From positions 96,001 through 160,000 of the forward strand of contig CBDBHB010000009.1 of the NCBI GenBank assembly GCA_965205505.1: a DNA stretch of 64,000 bases, given 5' to 3'. This DNA comes from Acidobacteriota bacterium. GTDB lineage: Bacteria; Acidobacteriota; UBA890; WLXD01. How positions within the stretch are numbered: position 1 is the first letter of the stretch; every line of letters starts with the position of its first letter. Positions 51,738 through 61,845 of the stretch are shown here, one piece after another. The notes under the pieces are model-generated. The model made no database searches, was not told the DNA's origin, and worked only from the letters and a program-made list of their open reading frames with translations. The position numbers and the translations under genes were made by a program.

Positions 51738-52532
51738 ATGGCCACGCAGACGAAGACGCAGGCGACAATCACGGAGGGTGGGTCCGCGTTGCAGCGGTAC
51801 TGTCGGGTGATCGTCGGGCAGCCCGGCTGGGGCGCGCTCGTCTATTTCGAGATCTGTAGCTGGCTAGCGATCATTCCCGGCGCGCTGGGGCTGTTCCTAC
51901 GCAAGAGCCTGTGGCCGGGGCTGCTCGGCAACTGCGGCAAGGGGGTGGTGTTCGGGGTCAATGTGATCCTGCGCCATCCACACCGCATCCATCTGGGCGA
52001 GCGGGTGGTGGTGAGCGATGGATGCATTCTCGACGCTCGCAGCGAGGATGCCGCCAAGGCGATCGACATCAGCGACGACGTGATCCTGGCCAACAACGTG
52101 ACGGTCTCGTGCAAAGGAGGAACTGTGCGGATCGGGGCAGGCTCCGGGATTGGCACGCAGACCGTCATCCACGCGGTCAACCGTTGCCGCGTCGAGCTCG
52201 GAGCCGATCAGATCATCGGGCCGGGTTGCTACATCGCCGGGGGCGGTAACTACGATATCGACTGCCTCGATCTGGCGATGGCGCAGCAGGGACTGCGCGA
52301 GTCGGAGGAGGGGGTGATCCTCGAGGGCGACAACTGGCTCGGGGCGAAGGTCTCGATCCTTCCGGGAGTGACTATGGGCCGCGGTAGCGTTGCTGCGGCG
52401 GGCGCTGTGGTGACGACCTCGGTACCGCCGATGGCGGTTTGCGGCGGGGTGCCTGCCAAGGTCATCCGTAGGCGCGGACACGAGCGGCAATCCGATCCGC
52501 CCCCGCCCGCGGCGGCTGACGTCCCCGAGTGA
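51738..52532 (+). CDS. hexapeptide-repeat acyltransferase
   Basis: Left-handed beta-helix repeats, WLGAKV.ILPGV, AGAVVT and GGVPAK. Confidence 0.9.
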   Translation: MATQTKTQATITEGGSALQRYCRVIVGQPGWGALVYFEICSWLAIIPGALGLFLRKSLWPGLLGNCGKGVVFGVNVILRHPHRIHLGERVVVSDGCILDARSEDAAKAIDISDDVILANNVTVSCKGGTVRIGAGSGIGTQTVIHAVNRCRVELGADQIIGPGCYIAGGGNYDIDCLDLAMAQQGLRESEEGVILEGDNWLGAKVSILPGVTMGRGSVAAAGAVVTTSVPPMAVCGGVPAKVIRRRGHERQSDPPPPAAADVPE

Positions 52533-53494
52533 GCAAAGGGCGATCGGGACTGGTTCGGTTCGGCATCTCGATCGTAATCACCGTTGTCCTCGTGCGGTGG
52601 CTGCTGGGCGATCTCGGGATCGGGGCGGTTGTCGAGGCGATCCGAGGCGCTTGGTTGCCGGGGCTGGCCCTGGGGCTGGTGGTCTTCTGGCTGATGATCG
52701 CCTTTCGGGTCATGCGCTATCGGGCGCTGCTGCAGGAGCGCGTGCCGCTCGGGGCGCTGACGTTGATCACGGTTGTCCGCGGTATGGTTGCCGACCTTCT
52801 CCCGGCCCGCATCGGCACACTGGTCTACGTCTGGCTGGTTACGACGCGCGCCGGTGTGCCGCTGCCCGACGCGCTCAGCTCGTTCTTCTTGGCGCTGGTG
52901 CTCGACATGATCGTCATCGCACCGATGCTGCTGTTGGCGCTGGCGGTGGTTGGCTTCGGCGTCGAAGCCGGTGGCATGTTGGTGGCGCTTGCCGGGATTC
53001 TTCTCGCCGTCTCGGTGGTGGCGCTAGTGCTTCTGGCGCCTGGACTACGCCTGGCCGGTCGAGTCCTGCGAGCGCAGACACTCACCGAGACCGCCGGCCA
53101 GGTTGTCCAAGTCCACCGTCGCGGTGACCTGATACCGGCTGTCCTCCTGTCGTGTGGCGTCCGCATTACCAAGTTCGGCGCCCACTACCTGATTCTGCAG
53201 TCGGTGCTAGTACCCCTGGGCATTCCATGGGGCTCGCTGGGCTTCTTCGAGTCGTTCCTGGGTGTTGCCGGCGCCGAGCTGTCGGCAATGCTTCCGGTCA
53301 GCGGCCTGGGTGCGTTCGGGACCTGGGAGGCTGCCTTCGCCCTTGGCTTCACACAGCTAGGCCTGACCCAAGATCAGGCGGTGCTCGCTGGTTTCGCCAC
53401 CCACGTGCTCACGCAGCTACACGACTATGGGTTGGGTACGTTGTGCCTGCTCGCGCTGATGCGACCTCGGCGACGCCTGGCGACCGTGCGATGA
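52529..53494 (+). CDS. lysylphosphatidylglycerol synthase TM / flippase-like membrane protein
   Basis: Multiple TM helices, LLPARIG and LP..GLG.FG..E. Confidence 0.8.
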   Translation: MSKGRSGLVRFGISIVITVVLVRWLLGDLGIGAVVEAIRGAWLPGLALGLVVFWLMIAFRVMRYRALLQERVPLGALTLITVVRGMVADLLPARIGTLVYVWLVTTRAGVPLPDALSSFFLALVLDMIVIAPMLLLALAVVGFGVEAGGMLVALAGILLAVSVVALVLLAPGLRLAGRVLRAQTLTETAGQVVQVHRRGDLIPAVLLSCGVRITKFGAHYLILQSVLVPLGIPWGSLGFFESFLGVAGAELSAMLPVSGLGAFGTWEAAFALGFTQLGLTQDQAVLAGFATHVLTQLHDYGLGTLCLLALMRPRRRLATVR

Positions 53495-53555
53495 CATGCG
53501 GATACAGAGAGTCGACGCTAGCAGCGGGCCGCTCGGAACCCTGATTCGAGCGACC

Positions 53556-54236
53556 TCAGGCGTTGTCCAGTCGGGCGAGGAATGCATCCGCCTCGGGCAG
53601 GTGTTCGACGGCCCACCACGGCTCGTGGTTGGCTAGCTCGTCGGCGCTGAACGGACCTGTTCCTACCGCTATCGTTCGTGCCTCGATCGCCTTGCCGCAA
53701 TCGACGTCGTGGTGCGTATCACCGATCACGTAGAGCGCTTCGATGGTGTCGCCGTGTCGTGCCTCAGCTTGCCGGCGCGCGTGCCGAGCGATGTCGCGGC
53801 GTTTGATGCCGTGGTCGGCGAACGCACCCCACTCGAAGTACTTCAGGATCCCGTGGTGGTCCAGCTTCAGCCGGGCACCTGCCTCGATGTTGCCCGTCAG
53901 GAGGGCATTCTCGACGTCGACGCGCACGGCGGCAGCTTCCAGAATCTCAGGCACGTTGGGATGGATGAAGCCGTTAGTACGGCGTTCCAACCAGTCCGGC
54001 AACAGCTCGACGTAGCGGTCGAGCAGCGAAGCCGCGAGCTCGGCAGAGTACTCGCGGCAAAGCACGTCGGTAATGGCGTCTTTGGCGATCCCACCGTCGG
54101 TCATGCCGGCCGCGTTCATGCTGCCCACGTCTACCGGGCTACCGTGCTCCTCACCAAGCGACTGCACCCACGCGTACATGCCGGCGCGGTCGGTGTTCAG
54201 GAGAGTTCCGTCGATGTCCCACAAAAGGATCTTCAT
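53556..54236 (-). CDS. HAD-family hydrolase
   Basis: LWDIDGTL, G.TD, LLTGN and IGDT..D. Confidence 0.9.
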   Translation of the reverse strand: MKILLWDIDGTLLNTDRAGMYAWVQSLGEEHGSPVDVGSMNAAGMTDGGIAKDAITDVLCREYSAELAASLLDRYVELLPDWLERRTNGFIHPNVPEILEAAAVRVDVENALLTGNIEAGARLKLDHHGILKYFEWGAFADHGIKRRDIARHARRQAEARHGDTIEALYVIGDTHHDVDCGKAIEARTIAVGTGPFSADELANHEPWWAVEHLPEADAFLARLDNA

Positions 54237-54319
54237 TAGCCGACTCAGAGGGGAGCTGTTCCGAGGGTTCAGACGCACCCACCCCGGCTGCGTCGCGACC
54301 CGCCTGCCAGACCTAGCGC

Positions 54320-56449
54320 TTACTGGCGCGATGCATCCTCGTCGTCGTTGGCCGGAGTTTCCTTCGCCGGTCGCTCGGCCGGACTCCAATCTTGCCCGAG
54401 AACGTGCTCCTGCATCCAGCGGATCTCCTCGGCGTCGCGGCGCCGTTGGTGGCGCGGCTCACGGAACCCGTGCGGCTCGCGCGGGAAGCGCATGTACCGT
54501 ACGGGCGCCTTGCCGATGTCCTTGAGCGCCGTGAAGAACATCATGCTCTGTTGCTCGGTATCGGTGCGGTCGTTCATTCCATGGATGAGTAGCGTCGGCG
54601 TGGTCACGTTGGTCGCGTGGGTGAGTGCAGACTGGTTTCGCCATGCCTCGGGGTTTTCCCAAGGTGTTCCGCCGATGTGCCACAACCGCACATCGTTGTT
54701 GAAGCCGGGCCCGTACTCGGAGGTCCAGTCGTAAACACCCGCACCGATGCTCGCCGCCTTGAAGCGATCGGTGTGGGTGATCGTCCAGCCGCCGAGGATG
54801 CCCCCGTAGCTCCAGCCGCGTACTCCCATGCGCTCCGGGTCGGCAATTCCCTGCTCGATCAGCGCGTCGACTCCGGTCATCAGGTCCTGGAAATCGCCGA
54901 AGCCAATGCCATCCCCTCGCTCGAACGTGTTCCCTTCACGCAGGTAGTCGTCGTAGCAGCACGATCCGCGTACGTTGGGCGATAGAGATGCCCAGCCAAG
55001 CCCACCGTAGATGTGGTACATGGCGCGGAAGCTGTTCGAGAAGGCTCCGGCTGGGCCCCCGTGGATGTTGAGCATCAACGGAAGCGGCGTTCCTTCAACA
55101 TGACCGGGCGGCAGATGTAGCAGCCCTTCGATCTCCATGCCGTCGTTGCTCTCCCACCGAAAGAGCTTCATGTCGGCGAGCGCTAGATCGTCGAGCTGCG
55201 GGTTAGCGTCGGTCACCTGCAGCGGCTCGAAATTCTCGACCGTTCCCACGAACAGGTCGGTGGGTGAGTCGAAGTCGGTGTAGCCGTATACGAAGCGCGT
55301 TCGATCGACGGAGAACGACAGGCTTCCCACCACACCGTCGAGGTTCGTGATGCGCTCCACATCGCCCGACTCGACGTCGAGCCGGAAGATGTTCCAGCGG
55401 GTGCCTTCGGTGCCCGCGAAGAGGACGTAGCGACCATCGGGAGTCCACGCCGGGCTACGGAGCTCGCCGTCGAAGGAGCCCGAGATCTTGCGGTGCTCGG
55501 CCAGCTCCGCGTCCATCAGCCATAGCTTGGTGTTGCGATTCAGCCAACTACTGTCGTCGGCAGCCGCGTAGAGGAACTGCGAGCTGTTGGGCGCCCAGAG
55601 AACGCCGCCCTCGGGGGCGTGATTCTCGGTCAGGCGCGTCTTCTCGCCACTGACAAGGTCGAGCAAGAACAGCTCCGTCCTGTCGGCGTCATTGCGTCGA
55701 TTAGAGTAGCGAGCCGCGAGGGCGGCCCACTTCCCATCCGGAGATGGATCGAAGCTGCTGATCAGGAAGTGCTCTTCGGTGAGCTGTTCTTCCTCCCGAG
55801 ATTTCAGATCGAACGCCCAGAGGTTCGACCATTGCCCGCGGGTCTGGCCGTTGGGCCCCTCGTCGACGAAGATCGCATCGGCGCCCTTGTCCATCTCTTT
55901 GCGATCGTCCTCGGGACGCTCGTCGTCGGCGACGAAGAAGATGCGCTTCGAATCGTGCGACCAGAGATAGGTGCCCACGGACGTAGCGTGCTCGGTGAGG
56001 GCAACCGCTTCCCCGCCGCGGGTGCGCATGATGAAGAGTTGTTGCTTGGCGCTACTGCCGCCGGGGCCGCCAGCAGCCGGGCCACCGCCGCCCGGAGCGT
56101 TGGCTGCTGAGCCATCGCTGCTACTGCGCTTGAACGTCAGGTACTCGCCGTCGGGCGAGAACTTGAAGTCGCTGCCCCCGCCTTCGCCGACATACTGGAA
56201 CGCCTCGCCGCCAGTCGACGGCACCATGTACACCTTGGTCTCGTACTTGTTGTCGTCCCAGGTGAGCGTTCGCTGCGTGTACAGCACCCACTCACCGTCG
56301 GGTGATATGAGGCCGTTGGCGACATTGACCAGGTCGAGGGCGTCGTCCACGGTCATCGGGCGCGGGTCTTGGGCGGTGTCGGTGTCCTGCGCAGCCGCAC
56401 CAGCGGCGGCGAACAGTACCACGAGTACAGCAAATAGAGTCTTGCGCAT
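54320..56449 (-). CDS. S9 family (prolyl oligopeptidase/acylaminoacyl) peptidase
   Basis: Signal peptide, beta-propeller repeats, HGGP, GWSYGG, HG.ND and EPHG. Confidence 0.93.
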   Translation of the reverse strand: MRKTLFAVLVVLFAAAGAAAQDTDTAQDPRPMTVDDALDLVNVANGLISPDGEWVLYTQRTLTWDDNKYETKVYMVPSTGGEAFQYVGEGGGSDFKFSPDGEYLTFKRSSSDGSAANAPGGGGPAAGGPGGSSAKQQLFIMRTRGGEAVALTEHATSVGTYLWSHDSKRIFFVADDERPEDDRKEMDKGADAIFVDEGPNGQTRGQWSNLWAFDLKSREEEQLTEEHFLISSFDPSPDGKWAALAARYSNRRNDADRTELFLLDLVSGEKTRLTENHAPEGGVLWAPNSSQFLYAAADDSSWLNRNTKLWLMDAELAEHRKISGSFDGELRSPAWTPDGRYVLFAGTEGTRWNIFRLDVESGDVERITNLDGVVGSLSFSVDRTRFVYGYTDFDSPTDLFVGTVENFEPLQVTDANPQLDDLALADMKLFRWESNDGMEIEGLLHLPPGHVEGTPLPLMLNIHGGPAGAFSNSFRAMYHIYGGLGWASLSPNVRGSCCYDDYLREGNTFERGDGIGFGDFQDLMTGVDALIEQGIADPERMGVRGWSYGGILGGWTITHTDRFKAASIGAGVYDWTSEYGPGFNNDVRLWHIGGTPWENPEAWRNQSALTHATNVTTPTLLIHGMNDRTDTEQQSMMFFTALKDIGKAPVRYMRFPREPHGFREPRHQRRRDAEEIRWMQEHVLGQDWSPAERPAKETPANDDEDASRQ

Positions 56450-56610
56450 GGTCTTGCCGTCGGGTTGAAGTAGAGGGGCTCGACAACGAGCTGTAGCGGC
56501 CCCAAAGTTATCATCGCGAGGACGTAAGCTCCCGGGTCAACCGGTCACAAAATGCGAAACTGTGCGGTCTGAGCAAACGCTCACAGAACCCGCCGCAGGC
56601 TCGAAACGGA

Positions 56611-58344
56611 ATGAGGGCAGTCATGCAACGAAGCACGTCGACGGGATTGTTGCTTGCGGCGCTGGCAGTACTCGGTATCAGCGGATCGGCTTCCTCCGTT
56701 CAGTCGACTGCCGACTTGGTGCTGCGGGGCGGTAGGGTCGCCACCGTCGACGCCGACTTCAGCTTCGCGGAGGCGATCGCCGTCCGCGGGCACCAGATTC
56801 TGGCCACCGGGAGCAACGAGGCGATCACCGCGTACATCGATACAAACACCGAGGTGATCGAGCTCGACGGACGGCTGGCAATCCCGGGATTCATCGAGAG
56901 CCACGGCCACTACCTCAGCTTGGGTCGCTCGAAGATGATCCTCGACCTGACCACGGTGACCTCGTGGCAGCAGATCATCGACATGGTCGGAGCAGCAGCG
57001 CGCCTGGTCGATCCCGGGGAATGGATCTTCGGCCGCGGCTGGCACCAGGAGAAGTGGGACTCGACGCCGACACCGAATGTCGATGGTGTGCCGCTGCATG
57101 ATGGACTTTCCGAGGTCACACCGGACAACCCGGTCGTTCTAGGGCACGCTAGCGGCCACGCGGCATTCGCAAACGAGCTGGCGATGACGTTGGCGGGCAT
57201 CGACAGTGCTACGGGTGACCCCGACGGCGGCACCATTGTGCGCGACGCCCAGGGCCGCGCCACCGGGTTGCTGCGAGAACGAGCTCAAGGACTAGTGAAC
57301 GGTGTCTCGCGAGCGGCCGATGCGGAGCGCACCGATGCCGAACGCGAGGCGGAGTTCCGTCGCCAGGTAGAGCTAGCCGGCGCCGAAGCGCTCAGCAAGG
57401 GGGTAACCAGCTTCCACGACGCCGGCGCCGGGTTTGCCTCCATCGATCGCTTCAGGGCCATGGCGGCTGCGGGCCACCTACCGGTCCGTCTTTACGTGAT
57501 GGTGCGCGGCCACTCGAACGAGGAGATGGATCGGATGCTGCCACAGTACCGAATCATCCCCGAGGGCAACGATTTTCTTGCGGTGCGCTCCATCAAGCGC
57601 CAGATCGACGGGGCGCTCGGCTCTCACGGTGCCTGGTTGCTAGAGAACTACGTGGACATGGACAGCCCCGGCTTGGTGCTGGAGCCGGTGGAGGACATCG
57701 AAGGCACGGCGGCGGTCGCTGCCAAGCATGGCTTCCAAGTGAACACGCACGCCATCGGCGACCGTGCGAATCGCGAGGTCCTCGACCTGTACGCGCGCAC
57801 TTTCAAGGCGGCCGGCGTCGATGGACGCGAGCTGCGGTGGCGCATCGAGCACGCGCAGCATATTCACCCCGACGACATCCCGCGCTTCGGAAGCCTCGGC
57901 GTGGTCGCTGCGATGCAGGGCGTACATGCCACCTCCGACGGACCATGGGTTCCATTGCGACTGGGTGACGAGCGTGCCAAGACCCGGACATACGTGTGGC
58001 GCGACCTCATCGACTCCGGCGCGTTGGTGACGAACGGAAGCGACGTGCCGGTCGAGGACATCGATCCGATCGCTAGTTACTATGCCTCGGTTACGCGCAT
58101 CATGGCCGACGGCGCCGCTTTCTACCCGGAGCAGCGCATGACCCGCGAGGAGGCGTTGCGCTCCTACACCATCAACAGTGCGTACGCCGCGTTCGAGGAG
58201 CACCTCAAGGGGTCACTAGAGCCTGGCAAGCTGGCCGACATCGTGGTTCTCTCGCAGGATATTCTCGAGGTTCCAGCGGATCGGATCCTCGCTACCCGCG
58301 TCGACCTGACCATCCTGGGCGGCGAGGTGCGCTATCGACGCTAG
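56611..58344 (+). CDS. amidohydrolase 3 family (YtcJ-like)
   Basis: PGFIESHGH, DGALGS, HAIGDRAN, RIEHAQ, GSD.PVE and G.L.PGKLAD. Confidence 0.92.
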   Translation: MRAVMQRSTSTGLLLAALAVLGISGSASSVQSTADLVLRGGRVATVDADFSFAEAIAVRGHQILATGSNEAITAYIDTNTEVIELDGRLAIPGFIESHGHYLSLGRSKMILDLTTVTSWQQIIDMVGAAARLVDPGEWIFGRGWHQEKWDSTPTPNVDGVPLHDGLSEVTPDNPVVLGHASGHAAFANELAMTLAGIDSATGDPDGGTIVRDAQGRATGLLRERAQGLVNGVSRAADAERTDAEREAEFRRQVELAGAEALSKGVTSFHDAGAGFASIDRFRAMAAAGHLPVRLYVMVRGHSNEEMDRMLPQYRIIPEGNDFLAVRSIKRQIDGALGSHGAWLLENYVDMDSPGLVLEPVEDIEGTAAVAAKHGFQVNTHAIGDRANREVLDLYARTFKAAGVDGRELRWRIEHAQHIHPDDIPRFGSLGVVAAMQGVHATSDGPWVPLRLGDERAKTRTYVWRDLIDSGALVTNGSDVPVEDIDPIASYYASVTRIMADGAAFYPEQRMTREEALRSYTINSAYAAFEEHLKGSLEPGKLADIVVLSQDILEVPADRILATRVDLTILGGEVRYRR

Positions 58345-58556
58345 CGTCGGATATCGCTTTGGCGGTGGGCTGCTCCGCCGGCCGCGAAGATAACCACCTC
58401 GGAGGCCAGCTGCCCGCCCGCCCGTCTTTTCTGGAGCCGTTCCGGCGGAGACGGCGCCGGGTGCTCGCTGTTGACTCTTGGACACGCCGCGAGCGACGAT
58501 GCGCGTAGCGTGACCCGCATAGGCGCGTGTCCTGACCTGCATATCGAGGAACACTT

Positions 58557-59843
58557 GTGAGAGCTGCCACAACCAAATGCGGGCGTACGGCAGGCCTCGG
58601 CCTGGCTGCGATGATCTTGGTCACCACGGCGGCGTGCGCGGTAACTTCCGGTGACTCGGGCGATGTTGTTCTGCTGCTCGATGCGCCACGACCTCTGGCG
58701 GTTCCGGAAGTGCTACGCGGGAGCGGCGAGGCGAATCTCTTCGCCGCTGACGGACAGCTGCATATGAGCTGGCTGGAGCCGCAGCCGGACGACGAGTGGG
58801 CGTTGCGTTTCTCGACGCTGACCGGCGAATCATGGTCGCAGGCGCGTACGGTGGCCAGCAGCCGCGACTTCTTCGTCAACTGGGCCGACTTCCCGTCGCT
58901 CATCGCGACGCCGGGTGGAGAATTGGTGGCCCACTGGATGGAGAGCAGCGGCGAGGGGACCTATGCCTACGACGTGCGGCTGAGTCGCTCGCTGGATGGC
59001 GGCGAGACTTGGTCGGAGTCGTTCCGCCCGCACGAGGATGGCACCCAGACCGAGCATGGCTTCGTTTCTCTGGTTCCGGAGCCAGATAGTGGCTTTACGG
59101 CGGTCTGGCTCGATGGCCGCAACTCTGCGTCAGCCTCCGATCAGTCCAGTGCGGAGATGACGCTGCGGTCACGTCGTTACGGTGGTGATGGCCAAGCGGA
59201 TCCCGAGCAACTGCTCGACACACGGATCTGCGATTGCTGCCAAACTTCGGCCGTATACATAGGCGACACGCTCATGGTCGCCTACCGCGACCGTTCCTCG
59301 GAGGAGGTGCGTGACGTCTCCGTAGTAACGCGTGATTCGACCGGCTGGAGCGAGCCGGTCGCCGTCGGCGACGACCAGTGGATGATCCCCGGCTGTCCGG
59401 TCAACGGGCCTTCGGTAGCCGCGCAAGGTGATCTGGGGGCGGTCGCATGGTTCGGGCTGGTTGCCGGCACACCGGAAGTGAAGGTGGCCTTCACCGACGA
59501 CTATGGAACGAGCTTCAGTCCGCCGGTGCTGGTGGAGCGCGGCACCGCCGAAGCGGCCACGCTTGGCCGTGTCGATCTGGAGTGGATCAATACCGACACC
59601 GTTATCGTCTCATGGCTCACCGCCCACGGAGCCGACGCCGAGATCCGTTATCGGACGGTAGATATCGATGGTGCGGTGGGTGCTGTCAACGTGCTTGCGG
59701 AGACCAGCCCGAGCCGGTCCAGTGGTTTCCCGCGAATGGCTCGCGCAGGCGAGCGAGTGATCTTCGTCTGGAGGCAATTGGATGAGCCAGCGACGCTTCA
59801 GATGGCCGCTATTGCTCTCCGTTCACCAGCTGTTGGTAACTAG
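58557..59843 (+). CDS. BNR/sialidase-like beta-propeller lipoprotein
   Basis: Lipobox TAAC, FVNWADFP, S.DGG.TW Asp-box, EHGFVS, ICDCCQT and GCPVNGP. Confidence 0.85.
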   Translation: MRAATTKCGRTAGLGLAAMILVTTAACAVTSGDSGDVVLLLDAPRPLAVPEVLRGSGEANLFAADGQLHMSWLEPQPDDEWALRFSTLTGESWSQARTVASSRDFFVNWADFPSLIATPGGELVAHWMESSGEGTYAYDVRLSRSLDGGETWSESFRPHEDGTQTEHGFVSLVPEPDSGFTAVWLDGRNSASASDQSSAEMTLRSRRYGGDGQADPEQLLDTRICDCCQTSAVYIGDTLMVAYRDRSSEEVRDVSVVTRDSTGWSEPVAVGDDQWMIPGCPVNGPSVAAQGDLGAVAWFGLVAGTPEVKVAFTDDYGTSFSPPVLVERGTAEAATLGRVDLEWINTDTVIVSWLTAHGADAEIRYRTVDIDGAVGAVNVLAETSPSRSSGFPRMARAGERVIFVWRQLDEPATLQMAAIALRSPAVGN

Positions 59844-60229
59844 TGCTCCGACTCCTGGTTGTTGCAGCAATTTCGCTGGCGCCGGTCGCCACCGCATCAT
59901 CCCCGTGCTTGATGGGCGCATCGGACGATGGGGATCGATTGCGGATGCACTCGCATCGCGAGTCTGACGTGACCCAGGATTCGAGCCACGAGAGCAGCGT
60001 GGCGGACACCGGCGATGCATCGGTCGAGGGGGTTGGCGCGTCCCCCAAGAGTGAAGATCACGGACACGCTGGAGTCGGGGCCTGCGTGGCCGACTGTGCT
60101 ACACACTTTCAGGTCCCGACGGTGGTGGCCATTGGACCTACCATCGCCAATAGCGCCAGGACGCTGCTCGCGTCGGTGATCGCACCCAGCGCGCCCACAG
60201 CGGCGGTCGAGCACGTGCCGCTCGTCTGA
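59843..60229 (+). CDS. small exported His/Cys protein, CutF/DUF2946-like leader candidate
   Basis: Signal peptide, His-rich middle, CVADC motif and Pro-containing C-terminus. TAGTG coupling to the upstream gene. Confidence 0.55.
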   Translation: MLRLLVVAAISLAPVATASSPCLMGASDDGDRLRMHSHRESDVTQDSSHESSVADTGDASVEGVGASPKSEDHGHAGVGACVADCATHFQVPTVVAIGPTIANSARTLLASVIAPSAPTAAVEHVPLV

Positions 60230-60399
60230 GCGTCGGCTTCCTTCAGCTCGGATCGACTAGCCGATCGGCGCGGGCGACGACCGCGCCACCCCGGGCTCAT
60301 GCGGACCGACGAGTTCTACAGGTCCATCCTCGGCCGGCAGCATTCCCGACTTCCGTCCGACCGCTCTTTCGCCTGGCACAGGCCAACACGAGTATCGAC

Positions 60400-61845
60400 A
60401 TGACCGAACACAACCGCCGATCGTTCATCGCAGGCGGTGCGCTCTCCGCCGCTGGAGTGCTCTCCGCCCGCCAGGCTCTCGGTAGACCCGAGAACCCGAC
60501 CATAGCGGGGCCGCTCGCAGGGAGGCGCGCCGATCTCGGCCCCCCTCGATCCAACGATCTCGAGCTATCTACTCGCGTGCACTCGCCAGACGTGGGCAAG
60601 TTGCCGTTTACGCGCGAAGGCGACGTGAAGGTCTTCCGCATGGTGGCCGAGGTGTGCCAGCGATCGTTTCTGCCAGGCTGGCGCTTCGATACCTGGGGCT
60701 ACAACGGCTCGACGCCCGGACCGACGATCGAGGTCGACGAGGGCGATCGGTTGCGCATCGTGGTGGAGAACCGACTCCCGGAGATCACCTCGATGCACTG
60801 GCACGGGCTCCAGGTCCCGATCGACATGGACGGCGTTCCGGGGGTGACTCAGGATCCGATCGCTCCGGGCGAGACGTTCGTCTACGAGTTCGAGGTGCAC
60901 CAGCACGGCACGTTCTTCTACCACTCGCACATGGCGATGCAGGAGATGATGGGCATGGTGGGGCTGTTCATCATCCACCCGCGGCAGCCGTATTCGCCCC
61001 CCGTGGATCGCGATTTCGGCTTCGTCCTGCAGGAGTGGGCGATTCTCCCCGACAACTCCGTGCCGAACTCGCTTGCCATGGAGTTCAACTGGCTGACCCT
61101 CAACGGGCGCTCCGGGCCGCATACCACCCCGTTGATCGTTCGACGGGGCGACCGGGTGCGGCTCCGCTTCGTCAACCTGGGCATGGACCACCATCCGATG
61201 CACCTGCATGGACACACATGGGTTACGACCGGCACGGAGGGCGGGCGGATTCCAGAGACCGCCTGGATACCTGGCAACACCGAGCTCGTGGGGGTGGCGC
61301 AGGCGCGTGACGTGGAGTTCGTCGCCGACAACCCCGGCGACTGGATGCTCCACTGCCACCTGCCGCACCACATGATGAACCACATGGCGTCGATGGTCGG
61401 TCCCATGCATACGATGGGTGGAATGGCGCCAGGCGGCAACATGGACGCCGGTATGGGCATCTCGGGCGGGGCGGCGCTATCGGATGAGAACGGCCCCTCG
61501 ATGGGTCGCGCCATCGGGTTCGGCGCCATGCGTGATCGCCCGGTCAACAACCTGCCGATGCACAGCGCTGCGCAGGGGAACACGGCGCCGCAGATGCAGC
61601 ATGGCGCCAGCACCGCGGATGCCCGTCAGGTGCCCGGCTTCCCGCAGGACCACTTCATGGCCATGGATGCGATGGTCGCCAAGCCCGAGACCCATGGCAT
61701 GCGGCCGACTTGGTCCGGGGGCTCGATGGGCATGATGACGATCCTCCGGGTTCTCGAGGCCGATCTCTACGACGAGGTCGAAGCCTTGCGGACGCGGGCC
61801 GACCTGGCTTCCGTCCCCCACGCGCCGCGCGGAGGCTCACGATGA
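60400..61845 (+). CDS. Tat-exported two-domain multicopper oxidase with a Met-rich tail
   Basis: NRRSF, HWHG, YHSH, HPMHLHGH and HCHLPHH. Confidence 0.92.
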   Translation: MTEHNRRSFIAGGALSAAGVLSARQALGRPENPTIAGPLAGRRADLGPPRSNDLELSTRVHSPDVGKLPFTREGDVKVFRMVAEVCQRSFLPGWRFDTWGYNGSTPGPTIEVDEGDRLRIVVENRLPEITSMHWHGLQVPIDMDGVPGVTQDPIAPGETFVYEFEVHQHGTFFYHSHMAMQEMMGMVGLFIIHPRQPYSPPVDRDFGFVLQEWAILPDNSVPNSLAMEFNWLTLNGRSGPHTTPLIVRRGDRVRLRFVNLGMDHHPMHLHGHTWVTTGTEGGRIPETAWIPGNTELVGVAQARDVEFVADNPGDWMLHCHLPHHMMNHMASMVGPMHTMGGMAPGGNMDAGMGISGGAALSDENGPSMGRAIGFGAMRDRPVNNLPMHSAAQGNTAPQMQHGASTADARQVPGFPQDHFMAMDAMVAKPETHGMRPTWSGGSMGMMTILRVLEADLYDEVEALRTRADLASVPHAPRGGSR

